From: Alphaproteobacteria bacterium
GTDB taxonomy: Bacteria; Pseudomonadota; Alphaproteobacteria; GCA-2746255
Assembly (NCBI GenBank): GCA_965249135.1
Contig: OZ252220.1
Coordinates: 672,001 to 736,000 of the forward strand
Reading direction: 5' to 3'
DNA: 64,000 nucleotides
Part shown: positions 1 to 9,858 of the stretch, piece by piece
How positions within the stretch are numbered: position 1 is the stretch's first letter
Layout: every line of letters begins with the position of its first letter
Notes under the pieces: generated by a model
What the model saw: only the letters and a program-made list of their open reading frames with translations
Told to the model about the DNA's origin: nothing
Database searches by the model: none
Made by a program: the position numbers and the translations under genes

Positions 1-1712
1 AGTTCGATGCCGCACTAATTCGCATAAAGAGGGAAGTGGAAGAGCAAAAGGACAGTCTATTTGCTTCGGTTGAGTACGACACGATTTTTAATGAAAAGGT
101 GCTGTCGGCGCTTAACACGAAAGACCTAAAGAATGTCATTGAGGACTATGTCAGGCGGTACAACGACCTTCTTGCCGGGTCGACATACTTCAAGAGGGGA
201 ACGTTTGACTACTACAACGCCGGCCAGATAGCGAAGAGTCTTGCTGACAATGGGTTTTTCGATGCAAAACACACGGTCAGCTTGAACGCCGATTCCGGAA
301 ACCAAGAAATCACAAATCAGAAAGACCTTGAGGCCGTAATCGAAAAAGAGAAGAAGGAAATCCTTACCGACGAAGCGCTTCGTAAGAACTTTGAAGACGT
401 GGCAAAGCAACTACAGAGGAACGCGGAATTGAGGGCATTCTGCGAGTACGTCCAAGACGACGAGGCCATTCTTTCTCGGCTGAATAATCCAGAGAAATTA
501 AAGCAAGACGTTCTAAAATCTTATCTTAAGGTTAACGAGAACTTGTACACCGACTGGATTGCGAAGTACGACGCGGCAGCGCAGCGCCGCAAGGAACTTG
601 AGGTCGAGGCGCGCGAGAAGCGCACTCAGTGGGAAAGGGTCATAGATATATTTAACGATCGGTTCGTTGTTCCATTCAGATTGGAAGCAAGGAACAAGGC
701 AGAAGTCAGTCTTGGCCAAACATCGATCATCGATCTTGGCTTCACTTATGTGGACGGCGCAGACACGATAGAAGTGGAAAGGACCTTGCTTTTAAAGTCG
801 TTGAGCATGGGTGAGAGAAAGGCGCTGTATGTTCTGAACGTGATCTTTGAAATTGAGACTCGGATCAAAAGCCAGCAGGAAACACTTATTGTAGTCGACG
901 ATATTGCGGACTCTTTTGATTATCAAAACAAGTACGCAATCATCCAATATCTTAAAGATATAAGTGACGATGGCCTATTCAAACTGCTGATTATGACGCA
1001 TAACTTCGATTTTTTCCGCACTTTGAATAGCGGATTTATCGGTTATTCAAATTGTCTGATGGCCTCCAAAAACGAAGGAGGAATAATGCTCGCCCAAGCA
1101 GTCGGGATTAAGAATGTTTTCGCGAACGATTGGAAAGGTAATTTTTTTACTGATGCTAAAAAGAAGATCGCCTCAATCCCGTTCCTACGAAATATTGTCG
1201 AAATGACAATCGGCGAGGCTGATCCGAATTACCAAGCCCTTACGGCTATGCTGCATTGGAAGGTGGGGTCGGACGCGATTACGGTAGGTCAGTTGGACGA
1301 CATAAATAACTCAATCTGCAAGACAGGTGGGGCTTCGGCAGATCCAGCAAAGTTGATTTGCCAGCTAGTGGCGGAAGAAGCCGAAGCGTGTTTGGGCGTG
1401 CAAGCGGGCATGAACCTTGAGAATAAGATTGTTCTCGCCATTGCCATACGAGTGGAAACGGAACGGTTCATGATCGATCGCATTTCCGATCCTGCATTTG
1501 TGGCGGAGATTACCGCCAACCAAATGCAGGTCTTAATCACGAAATTCAAGAAACTTTTCCCCGACGATCAAGAAACCTTCACAACGCTGGATCAGGTTGC
1601 GCTGATGACGCCGGAGAATATCCATGTGAATTCGTTTATGTACGAGCCCATTGTAGATATGTCGGACGATCACCTACGTAAGTTGTACGGAAAGGTAAAG
1701 GCATTGCAATGA
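1..1712 (+). CDS. RloC-like/AAA_13 SMC-type ABC ATPase, 5'-partial; candidate defence protein
   Basis: Frame is open back to the window edge. Coiled-coil region followed by signature LSMGERKAL, Walker B/D-loop LIVVDDIADSFD and H-switch IMTHNFDFF. Visibly more AT-rich than core genes. Confidence 0.75.
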   Translation, partial: FDAALIRIKREVEEQKDSLFASVEYDTIFNEKVLSALNTKDLKNVIEDYVRRYNDLLAGSTYFKRGTFDYYNAGQIAKSLADNGFFDAKHTVSLNADSGNQEITNQKDLEAVIEKEKKEILTDEALRKNFEDVAKQLQRNAELRAFCEYVQDDEAILSRLNNPEKLKQDVLKSYLKVNENLYTDWIAKYDAAAQRRKELEVEAREKRTQWERVIDIFNDRFVVPFRLEARNKAEVSLGQTSIIDLGFTYVDGADTIEVERTLLLKSLSMGERKALYVLNVIFEIETRIKSQQETLIVVDDIADSFDYQNKYAIIQYLKDISDDGLFKLLIMTHNFDFFRTLNSGFIGYSNCLMASKNEGGIMLAQAVGIKNVFANDWKGNFFTDAKKKIASIPFLRNIVEMTIGEADPNYQALTAMLHWKVGSDAITVGQLDDINNSICKTGGASADPAKLICQLVAEEAEACLGVQAGMNLENKIVLAIAIRVETERFMIDRISDPAFVAEITANQMQVLITKFKKLFPDDQETFTTLDQVALMTPENIHVNSFMYEPIVDMSDDHLRKLYGKVKALQ

Positions 1713-1915
1713 ATCAAGGAAAACTTAAGAGCCAAGACGCGGACGAAGAGTTTGACGCTGAGGAAACTGCGCATCGCCGTGACGAGGTTATCCGCAGAAT
1801 GGCGAATACGCCGCCGCAACCTCGCAAGAAACCTACTCGCTCCCGTCAAGGAATGAGAACGTCAACTGCCGCGAATCGGGTAGCTCGTAAGAATACCAGC
1901 GATAAGGAATCTTAG
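1709..1915 (+). CDS. Small hypothetical protein of the type found convergent with IS1595 transposases
   Basis: 68 aa, ATGA overlap with the upstream gene; EETAHRRDEVIRRMANTPPQP motif; stop overlaps the transposase stop. Confidence 0.5.
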   Translation: MNQGKLKSQDADEEFDAEETAHRRDEVIRRMANTPPQPRKKPTRSRQGMRTSTAANRVARKNTSDKES

Positions 1916-2865
1916 GCTTGGGCGCGGGCCTGTCGGCCATAAGGTTTTTTGTAGGTGATACGCTTACCGATGACGCCCCTCACTGCCTTGATCGCCCTTT
2001 CCGCGTCGGTGACTTCCAAGGCCGTGCGCTCGTTGTATCGGAAATCAAACTCCGCCAAGTACCGCTTCAAATGTTGCTGCAAAACGTGATGGTACGTGCC
2101 AGCGATCCCGCGCTTAAGAAGGGCAAAATATGACTCTACGGTGTTTGTGTGAGCGTCACCGCGCACATACTCCTCAATGCCGTGGTTAACCGTCTCGTGT
2201 TGCGCGAAGTCGCAGTGCATATGTCGGTACTGACCAGCATCGTCCATCATCAGCGTGGACTTCTTGTCGATCTGCGCAACGAGGATCGGCCGCAGCGTCT
2301 TGATGTTGACGCGCGGAACTTGCTGCGAGCGGACGCGGCCATCCCGCTCCACAAGGGCGAAGGCAATCTCTTTGCCCATGCCGCCAACGGCGCTGGTGCG
2401 CTTGGAACGATGCTTGTTCTTTTCTTTGCCGCCAATGTACGTCTCGTCGGCTTCAACAAACTTGCCTTCGCCGCCAAGCGGGCTGCCGTTCAGCTCGCGC
2501 ATCCCCTCACGGATACGATGGGCCATGAACCACGCCGTCTTGTATGGCAGGCCAAGCATCCGATGAAGCTGATGTGCCGAAATACCCTTCTTGCTCGCAC
2601 ACATCAGATGCGTAGCCAGAAGCCATTTGGTCATCGGAATATGAGACCGCTCGTAGATCGTTCCGACCTTAGCTGTGAACTTCTTGCGGCAGTCCTTGCA
2701 GTGATACCAGCCCGGCCCCATCGACTTGCCGCCCAGCGGCTTTACGCCGTCGAACTGTCCGCAATAGGGGCAGTAAGCGCCATCCGGCCAGCGGATCGCT
2801 TCGAAGTGCTTCCGCGCCGCAGTGAGGTCAGTGAAGATCGGGTTAGTCAGGTCAACGGTGGTCAT
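1912..2865 (-). CDS. IS1595 family transposase
   Basis: N-terminal Zn ribbon (CPYC...CKDC), HTH, catalytic motifs VEADETY, MMDD, HTNTVES and YLAEFDFRYN. Confidence 0.95.
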   Translation of the reverse strand: MTTVDLTNPIFTDLTAARKHFEAIRWPDGAYCPYCGQFDGVKPLGGKSMGPGWYHCKDCRKKFTAKVGTIYERSHIPMTKWLLATHLMCASKKGISAHQLHRMLGLPYKTAWFMAHRIREGMRELNGSPLGGEGKFVEADETYIGGKEKNKHRSKRTSAVGGMGKEIAFALVERDGRVRSQQVPRVNIKTLRPILVAQIDKKSTLMMDDAGQYRHMHCDFAQHETVNHGIEEYVRGDAHTNTVESYFALLKRGIAGTYHHVLQQHLKRYLAEFDFRYNERTALEVTDAERAIKAVRGVIGKRITYKKPYGRQARAQA

Positions 2866-3115
2866 GGGCTAACTCCTTGACCACAAATATAGGGCGTCAG
2901 ATGTGTTCAGTCAAGGTGATAATTTCCCTGGAAAGGGGCCAAAGACGCGTACCGGAACCCCCGGACAAAAGGACGGGTGTTATCCGAGTCGTCTCACGTT
3001 TCTTCGCCATTCACGCCGCTTTTCTGGTGTCGCCCGCCCCATCTGGCAGAACAGGCGAGAGTTTAGCAGGGGTCAGCGTGGTCGCAAATGGACGTGGGGT
3101 GAAAGGAAGGCGAAA

Positions 3116-5140
3116 TCAGGAAGAAGGGAGGCCTTTCCTGGCTGCCCAGCGTGTGCCGTGTTTGAAATAACGGTAGACGCCGATGCCCATCGCAAAAAAG
3201 CCGATCAGAATCGGCATGAAGCCGATGTTTGCGAATCTGAGCTTGGCGGCAAGCGAATCGATGTCCTCACGCAGTTTCCTCTGGATCTCGCGGATCTCCT
3301 TGCGGGTCTGAAACTTCTGCCGGTTGAGCTGTTCGATCATGAGTTGACGTTCAACCGTCTTCTCGGCCTTCTTCTCATAGAGATTCTGACTGCGGAGGTT
3401 GTCGACCTCCATATCTCCGGTCTTAATGTTGTCTTCGAGTTCCTTTAAACGGCTGCGGTAGAGTTCTTCGGCATCCTGGGCAATCTTGTGGAACCGTTCG
3501 AACGGACGGAAGGACGTGCCGCGCGAGCGAAGCGAGATCATGTCCTCCGTGCCGCTGAGGTTCTCAAGCGCATTGATGGTGAACTCGCCGTTCGAGGCCA
3601 TCGGCGTATAGGTCTGGTGGCCATAAAAGTCACCGATCATCGTCCAACGGCTGTTATGAAGCACGTCCGTATCCGCAACGACGATGATATTGATCGGCTT
3701 TACCGATTGCCCGATCGGCGGATAGGTCCACTTCTGGATTTCCTCTTCCGAAGGAAGTTTCGATTCTTTCTTCTTTCCTTCCGCCTTCGCGTCAGCCTCC
3801 GGTTTTCCTTCCTTTTTCTTCGGAAGTTCGACTGGCGGCGGGCCGTCCGGGAACGCCGACTTGACTGGCCCCGTGACACGAGCCGCCAGAATAAAATTCT
3901 CACCGCTTGGCTTGAAGTCGCGGAGGTATTTCTCCGGGTCGATGTTGCCAACCAGGGTCTTCGTTTCGAAAAACTGCGAATCCTGCGAGCTGGCGATGAG
4001 CGGCGTGAAGGTGGTTGTCGCGCCTGCCTTCGGACGCATCGCGCCTGCGGTCGCAAAGTCGACATGCTCGAGCCCGCTGGTCACCGGATCCAGCTCGCTC
4101 AGATTTTCCCGCCCCAGTTTGAACCAGGGAAGGTAGCGGATGACTTCTTCATTCCCCTTCTGATTGATCTGGTAACCGGTCGTGCCCGTTTCGGCATTTC
4201 GCCGGTCGCCGACGAATCGATCGGGATCGTATTCGATCCCCCATGTGTCAAACAGCTTGGCCATGGTCGAGCCACGATCCGTCATGGCCGGAAGCTCGCC
4301 GTACTTCGTCGGCGGCGTCCCGAATTCCGCAAAGGGATCGACGAAGATGAGGGCGCGGCCCCCACGAAGAACGTACTGGTCGATGAAGTAAAGGGCACGG
4401 TCGCTCAGCTCGCGCGGGTGGGCAATCAGAAGCAGATCCGCACCGCTGATTTCTCGCATGTCGTCGATGAACCGGACATCGAAGAACTTCTCCATTTCCT
4501 CAAGAATGGCGTAAGGCTTCGATTCGCCTCGCTTCACGGCCGCGATGGTGACCGTCCCGTGTTTGAGGGGGAGCGCCCCGATGACGGCGACGATGGGCTT
4601 CGTCTTTCTTCCCAGACCAAAGATCATCTGGGTGATGTCGTATTCGACGAATTGCTCTTTTTCGGGCTGGAAAAAGGCGATGACGTCGGCAACGCCCCCT
4701 TCTCCCTTCTCATCCTGGCCGGCCGCGCCGTAAAGGCCTAAGTAAAACTGAGCTCCGGTCTCATCCAGAGGAACGCCCTGAACGCCATCCTTCTGGGCCC
4801 GGTCTTCTTTCTCGGTGAACGGCTCGGGATCGATCACCTCGAGCGTAAGCATGTCATTCGAATGCCGCACATATTCCTCGAGAAGCTCCTCGACGCGCTT
4901 CGCATAGGTGCGAATCTCCGGAACTGCGTCCGACATCCGCTTTGAATAATAGAAATGCAGAGTGACCGGCCGCCCAAGCCGTTCGAGGACGAAATGGGTG
5001 CTGGGCGAAAGGGTAAAGAGCTTGTCTTCCGTGAAATCGTAACGCGCCGACTTCCACGCAACGCTCGTAATGGCGTTCACAGAGAAGAAAAGAACCGCCG
5101 CAAAAATGAGACCACTTACCGTTAAAAACCCGCGCTTCAT
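3116..5140 (-). CDS. GldG-family ABC transporter auxiliary component
   Basis: N-terminal TM, RYDFTEDKLFTLS, IDQYVLRGGRALIFVDP, IVVADTD, LRSRG and a C-terminal TM; downstream of an ABC permease and ATPase. Confidence 0.9.
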   Translation of the reverse strand: MKRGFLTVSGLIFAAVLFFSVNAITSVAWKSARYDFTEDKLFTLSPSTHFVLERLGRPVTLHFYYSKRMSDAVPEIRTYAKRVEELLEEYVRHSNDMLTLEVIDPEPFTEKEDRAQKDGVQGVPLDETGAQFYLGLYGAAGQDEKGEGGVADVIAFFQPEKEQFVEYDITQMIFGLGRKTKPIVAVIGALPLKHGTVTIAAVKRGESKPYAILEEMEKFFDVRFIDDMREISGADLLLIAHPRELSDRALYFIDQYVLRGGRALIFVDPFAEFGTPPTKYGELPAMTDRGSTMAKLFDTWGIEYDPDRFVGDRRNAETGTTGYQINQKGNEEVIRYLPWFKLGRENLSELDPVTSGLEHVDFATAGAMRPKAGATTTFTPLIASSQDSQFFETKTLVGNIDPEKYLRDFKPSGENFILAARVTGPVKSAFPDGPPPVELPKKKEGKPEADAKAEGKKKESKLPSEEEIQKWTYPPIGQSVKPINIIVVADTDVLHNSRWTMIGDFYGHQTYTPMASNGEFTINALENLSGTEDMISLRSRGTSFRPFERFHKIAQDAEELYRSRLKELEDNIKTGDMEVDNLRSQNLYEKKAEKTVERQLMIEQLNRQKFQTRKEIREIQRKLREDIDSLAAKLRFANIGFMPILIGFFAMGIGVYRYFKHGTRWAARKGLPSS

Positions 5141-5149
5141 TTCCAGTCC

Positions 5150-5884
5150 CTAGATCGCTTTCTTAAATTCGATCACGATCGCATTCGCATACAGGAAAAA
5201 ACCGATCAAGGTCGAAAAATAGATGAGGTCGCGAATATCGATGACGCCTTCGATGATCGCCTCGAAATGGGTCAAGAAACTAAAGGATGCAATCAAATCC
5301 ACCGTCCATTGGGGCGCCCAGGCACTGAAGAAATCCGTCACCAGCGGTTGTCCGGAAATCGTGAAGATGAAACAGACGGCAACCCCGGTAATGAAGGCGA
5401 TGACTTGGTTTTTCGTAATGGCCGAAATGCAGGAACTGATTGCCAGATAGCCGGCGGCCATGATGAGCGAGCCGATATAGCCTGCAAAAATGACCCCGTT
5501 ATCTGGGTTACCCAGATAATTCACGGTAAGCCACATCGGGAAGGTCAGCGCCAATGCAATCGCAGTGAATGCCCAGGCGGCAAGAAACTTGCCCAAAACG
5601 GTGGCGCCGAAGGGGATGGGCAGCGACATTAGGAATTCGATCGTGCCCGCCTTCCGCTCTTCCGCCCAAAGCCGCATCGAGATGGCCGGCATCAGAAGAA
5701 GGTAGAGCCACGGATGGAAGTCGAAGAACGAGCGGAGGTCGGCGTGGTCGCGCTCGATAAAGAGGCCGAGATAGAAAGTGAAAACCCCTGCAAGAAACAG
5801 GAAGATGACGATGAAGACGTAAGCCAGCGGGGTCGCAAAATAGCTCACGAGTTCACGCTTCATGATGATGAACGTCTTGCTCAT
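5150..5884 (-). CDS. ABC-2 type permease (GldF-like)
   Basis: KRELVSYFATPLAY, MRLWAEERKAGTIEFL, six TM segments. Confidence 0.92.
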   Translation of the reverse strand: MSKTFIIMKRELVSYFATPLAYVFIVIFLFLAGVFTFYLGLFIERDHADLRSFFDFHPWLYLLLMPAISMRLWAEERKAGTIEFLMSLPIPFGATVLGKFLAAWAFTAIALALTFPMWLTVNYLGNPDNGVIFAGYIGSLIMAAGYLAISSCISAITKNQVIAFITGVAVCFIFTISGQPLVTDFFSAWAPQWTVDLIASFSFLTHFEAIIEGVIDIRDLIYFSTLIGFFLYANAIVIEFKKAI

Positions 5885-6870
5885 GTCCGTGTCCGCTTCC
5901 CTTTCTCCCGGCGCCCCATGGCGACGGCGTCACCGATGGTGAGGCTGCGGAAGACCTCATCGAGCCGGCCGCGTTCGGCGTAGAGTTCCTCGACCCGCCA
6001 GCCGCGTTCCCGCGCCAGATCGCCCACCTCCGTCACGATCGCGGCGCCGTCCTTTGGAAACAGCATGTAGTCCTGCAGGCCGTCCTGTTTGTGCCCGGTT
6101 TCGATCCGGGCGACCTGCGGCAGGGCCTGCAGCACCTTCGTCGCCTCCGACGCCGGAACGCCCGCCACCGAGATGGTCACGGCGTTATGGAATTTCGAAC
6201 GCGACTCAAGGACGTTCGGCGTACCGTCGGCGACGATCTTGCCGTGATCGATGATGATCGCCCGGTCGCAGACGGCGTTTACCTCTTCGAGAATATGGGT
6301 CGAGACGACGATCGCCTTCTCCGGCGCCATCTCTCGGATCAGGGTCCGCACCTGGTGTTTTTGATTGGGATCTAAACCATCCGTCGGCTCGTCGAGGATA
6401 AGGATAGGCGGGTCGTGCAGGATCGCCTGGGCGACGCCCACCCGGCGTCGAAAACCCTTCGAAAGCGTCTCGATGGGTTGGTTCAACACCGGCTCCAATC
6501 CCAGTTTCGCGATCGCCGCATCGATCGCCTTTCGTTTCTCAAACCCCCGCAAGCCTCGGATCGTAGCGGCGAAATTCAGAAAGGCCCGCGGCATCATGTC
6601 CGGATAGGATGGCGCGCCCTCGGGCATGTAGCCCATCATGGCCTTCGCCTTGAGCGGCTGTTTGCGGATGTCGTGACCGCCAACCAGGACGGTTCCCGAT
6701 GTCGGGCGAAGGAAGCCTACGATCATTCGCATGCTCGTCGATTTGCCGGCGCCGTTGGGGCCCAGAAAGCCGAGAACCTGGCCACGGGGGACCGAGAACG
6801 AAACGTTGTCGACTGCCGTGAAGAGGCCGAACCGCCTCGTCAGGTTCTGGATTTCGATCATCGTTGCCAT
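5881..6870 (-). CDS. ABC transporter ATP-binding protein (GldA-like)
   Basis: Walker A GPNGAGKST, LSKGFRRR, ILILDEPT, STH. Confidence 0.95.
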   Translation of the reverse strand: MATMIEIQNLTRRFGLFTAVDNVSFSVPRGQVLGFLGPNGAGKSTSMRMIVGFLRPTSGTVLVGGHDIRKQPLKAKAMMGYMPEGAPSYPDMMPRAFLNFAATIRGLRGFEKRKAIDAAIAKLGLEPVLNQPIETLSKGFRRRVGVAQAILHDPPILILDEPTDGLDPNQKHQVRTLIREMAPEKAIVVSTHILEEVNAVCDRAIIIDHGKIVADGTPNVLESRSKFHNAVTISVAGVPASEATKVLQALPQVARIETGHKQDGLQDYMLFPKDGAAIVTEVGDLARERGWRVEELYAERGRLDEVFRSLTIGDAVAMGRREKGKRTRT

Positions 6871-7060
6871 TTCAAACGTTCCCTCCGCCCTTCACCAGCG
6901 CCGCGAAGCCCACGGGACCGGCGGCGATTACCTCACAACCACTTGGTGAAGAACGAGAATTCGCTTGGATACCTAGGCTATACCGCGGCTTCGTTCAAGT
7001 CACAAATCGTTGATTCCCGATGATCCATCGTGAGCCCGGCGGGGTTTCCTCACCCTATCG

Positions 7061-8347
7061 TCAGAGTTGCCAACGCTTCATGCCGTCTGGCAAGGATGCG
7101 TTTCGCCACATGCCCTTGACGTCGGCGATAAGGCCGTCCGGCATCAGAAGGGAAAGAAAGGACTGGCTCGTAAACTCGCGATAGTCAGCATGGGGCACCG
7201 CCCCCACCACGCAATGATAAGGGTCGACGCGTTCCAAGGTAGGCGTGAGTTCGACCCCGTAAAGCCGCTTTGCCTCTTGCGGGTCCGCATGGGCATCGTG
7301 CACATCGACCCGGTGCCCCTTCGCCTTAAGGCCTTCGATCAGATCGATGACCTTCGTGTTGCGAAGGTCGGGAAGGTTCTCCTTGAAGGTCAGACCAAGC
7401 ACAAGCACGCGGGCCGATGCCGCATCCGGAAAAGCCGCCTGGATCTCCCCATGAATCCGTTCGGCCAGCCGTGCCCCCATGCGGTCGTTGATCCGCCGTC
7501 CGGCAAGGACGATCTCTGGGTTAAGGCCTTGTTCCTTCGAACAATGGGCCAGATAGAACGGATCGACCCCGATGCAGTGACCGCCGACGAGGCCCGGCCG
7601 GAAATCGAGAAAATTCCATTTCGTCGCCGCTGCGTCGAGCACGTCGTAAGCGGAAAGCCCGAGTTTTCCAAAGATCTCCGTCACTTCGTTGATGAAGGCG
7701 ATGTTGATGTCGCGCTGGGTATTCTCGATCACTTTGGCGGCCTCGGCCGTGCGGATATCACGGGCGACAAAGATGTTGCCGTCATTCAACCGGCCATAGA
7801 CCTCTTGCAAGAGCGCCGCGACTTTCGGCGTTTGACCGGCGACGACCTTCGTGATGTGCTTAAGCGTGTGCTCTTTATCCCCCGGATTCATACGTTCCGG
7901 CGAATAGCCAAGAAAGAAGTCGACGCCGGAGCGAAGCCCGGAGGCTGCCTCCAGAAGGGGCCCGCAAACCTCCTCCGTGACCCCCGGATAGACGGTGCTT
8001 TCAAAGACGACGACGGCACCCTTGGCGAGCACCGAGCCGACGGTCCGCGAGGCCTCCTCGAGTGCCGTGAGGTCGGGCCGATTCGCCGTATCCACCGGGG
8101 TCGGCACCGCCACGATGAAGAGGTCCGTCCCCTTCAGCTCCTTGACCGCGTCCGCAAGCTGGAGGCTGGAGCCTTCCAGGGCCTCTGCCGGCACCTCACG
8201 GGTCCGGTCCTGGCCGGCACGTATCTCAGAAATACGTGAAGAATCAATGTCATAGCCCGTAACCCGAAAATGCCGGGCGAGGGCCACCGCGAGCGGCAGA
8301 CCCACGTAACCAAGCCCGAGAACGGCGATTCGGGAAACAGATTTCAC
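7061..8347 (-). CDS. Nucleotide-sugar dehydrogenase (TviB/WbpO, UDP-HexNAc 6-dehydrogenase family)
   Basis: GLGYVG, FESTVYPG, YSPER, AKVIENTQRD, GGHCIGVDP, GLTFKEN. Confidence 0.93.
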   Translation of the reverse strand: MKSVSRIAVLGLGYVGLPLAVALARHFRVTGYDIDSSRISEIRAGQDRTREVPAEALEGSSLQLADAVKELKGTDLFIVAVPTPVDTANRPDLTALEEASRTVGSVLAKGAVVVFESTVYPGVTEEVCGPLLEAASGLRSGVDFFLGYSPERMNPGDKEHTLKHITKVVAGQTPKVAALLQEVYGRLNDGNIFVARDIRTAEAAKVIENTQRDINIAFINEVTEIFGKLGLSAYDVLDAAATKWNFLDFRPGLVGGHCIGVDPFYLAHCSKEQGLNPEIVLAGRRINDRMGARLAERIHGEIQAAFPDAASARVLVLGLTFKENLPDLRNTKVIDLIEGLKAKGHRVDVHDAHADPQEAKRLYGVELTPTLERVDPYHCVVGAVPHADYREFTSQSFLSLLMPDGLIADVKGMWRNASLPDGMKRWQL

Positions 8348-8465
8348 AACTTTTCTCTGGGAAATTCCGGAATTTTCTTTCGCGTGCTTCTATCCCGTCC
8401 GCGTTTAAGGGTCAAATCCTCCATGAAAAGCCTGGTTATATGCTTGATTTTCCATATAAAAAGTA

Positions 8466-8508
8466 TTGACATTCATCCCGTGTACGAATATTTGTTCACG
8501 AAATGAAC
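8466..8508 (+). promoter_or_regulatory. Sigma70-like promoter with an overlapping palindromic operator
   Basis: TTGACA(8466)-N17-TATTTG(8489), then GTTCA-cgaaa-TGAAC (8494-8508), upstream of the MarR-type gene. Confidence 0.55.
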
Positions 8509-8540
8509 GCAAGCAAAGGAGACTGCGGGTGGAAGGACTG

Positions 8541-9191
8541 ATGAAATCGGGGAAGGCCAGCCAGAACCCGGCAACGACCTCGACGACGCTTGAGCTGCTG
8601 GCCAGCGTGGAGGCGAACCGCCACGTCTCCCAGCGCACGCTCGCCACCCGTCTCGGCATCGCGGTGGGGCTTGCAAACGGCTACTTCCGGCGCTGCGTGC
8701 ACAAGGGCTGGATCAAGATGTCGAAGGCCCCGGCCCGTCGCTACGCCTACTACCTGACCCCGAAGGGTTTTGCCGAAAAATCCCGTCTTACCGCCGAATA
8801 CCTTACCCTTTCCTTCGATTTCTTTCGCACTGCCCGGACGGAATGCCTGCGCGCGCTTCGGGCCGCGGAAGCCCGCGGCTGGCGGCGGATCGCGCTGTTT
8901 GGCGCCGGCGAGCTTGCCGAGATCGCCACCCTTGCCGCCCGCGAGACCGACATCGAGCTGATTGCCATCCTGGCGCCGGGCCGCAACGAACAGAAACTCG
9001 CGGGGCTTCCGGTTATGGCCGACCTCGAAGACATCGATGCGTTCGATGCCGTTCTCATCACGGACATCCAAGCCCCACAACAGAGCTTCGATGCGCTCCG
9101 TGCCCGGTTCGAGCCGGCCCGCATCCTGACCCCGCCACTCCTTCATGTCTCGCGGGAAAAAGCGCCGGGGGAAACGGAGGCCGCGGAATGA
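8541..9191 (+). CDS. EPS-associated MarR-type winged-helix regulator
   Basis: SQRTLATRLGIAVGLAN...RYAYYLTPKGFAEKSRLT plus a C-terminal Rossmann-like part; ATG at 8541 preferred. Confidence 0.85.
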   Translation: MKSGKASQNPATTSTTLELLASVEANRHVSQRTLATRLGIAVGLANGYFRRCVHKGWIKMSKAPARRYAYYLTPKGFAEKSRLTAEYLTLSFDFFRTARTECLRALRAAEARGWRRIALFGAGELAEIATLAARETDIELIAILAPGRNEQKLAGLPVMADLEDIDAFDAVLITDIQAPQQSFDALRARFEPARILTPPLLHVSREKAPGETEAAE

Positions 9192-9688
9192 AACGCTGGT
9201 TCGTCGCCCGCACCCACGCTCAGGCCGAGGCAAAGGCGGTTGCTCATCTTCGCCGCCAGGGCTTCGAGGTCTACCTGCCGCGTTACGCAAAGACCCGCCG
9301 CCATGCCCGGCGTGAGGAACGGATCGTCGCACCGCTCTTCCCGCGTTACCTTTTCATATGCCTGGACCTGGATCACCATCGCTGGCGGTCGGTCAATGGC
9401 ACGCTCGGCATCGAACGTCTGATTTGCCATGGCGAACGTCCCGCGCCGGTGCCAGCAGGCGTAATCGAAGATCTGAAGTGCCAGGAACGCCCGGACGGCT
9501 TGCTTGCGCCGGCCAGCCTGGTGCTGCTTGAGCGGGGATCGCACGTGCGCCTGGTCGATGGCGCCTTCGCCGAACAGACCGGGATTTACGAACGGATGAC
9601 GGCCGATCAACGGATCGTGCTGTTGTTGAGCCTGCTGGGACGTGAGGTTCGCCTCACGGTCCCGCTCGAAGCCATCGACGCGGCTTAA
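9188..9688 (+). CDS. NusG/RfaH-paralog transcription antiterminator
   Basis: Starts MKRWFVARTH at an ATGA overlap; NGN domain PLFPRYLF and KOW-like GSHVRLVDGAF. Confidence 0.9.
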   Translation: MKRWFVARTHAQAEAKAVAHLRRQGFEVYLPRYAKTRRHARREERIVAPLFPRYLFICLDLDHHRWRSVNGTLGIERLICHGERPAPVPAGVIEDLKCQERPDGLLAPASLVLLERGSHVRLVDGAFAEQTGIYERMTADQRIVLLLSLLGREVRLTVPLEAIDAA

Positions 9689-9858
9689 ATTCGAAGCCTG
9701 CGTCAGGCGAACACGTCTTACGATTCCGCGCCGATCCCGGAGTGCGGTAATATGGAAAAAGCAAACTCTTTGACGAAATCGAACAACCTTCCTCGTCTGT
9801 CCGCGGGAAGGGCATCGCACCCTAGAAGACGGGTCGGATAAATTGGTATCTGTCGAGC

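Larger units (their letters stand above)
1..2928 (-). mobile_element. IS1595 element, probably with passenger genes; one end at ~2928, the other outside the window
   Basis: Minus strand at 2928 reads GGGAAATTATCACCTTGACTGAAC, a GGnnATTAT-type IS1595 terminus ~60 bp upstream of the transposase. No partner IR seen next to the transposase stop. Confidence 0.55.
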
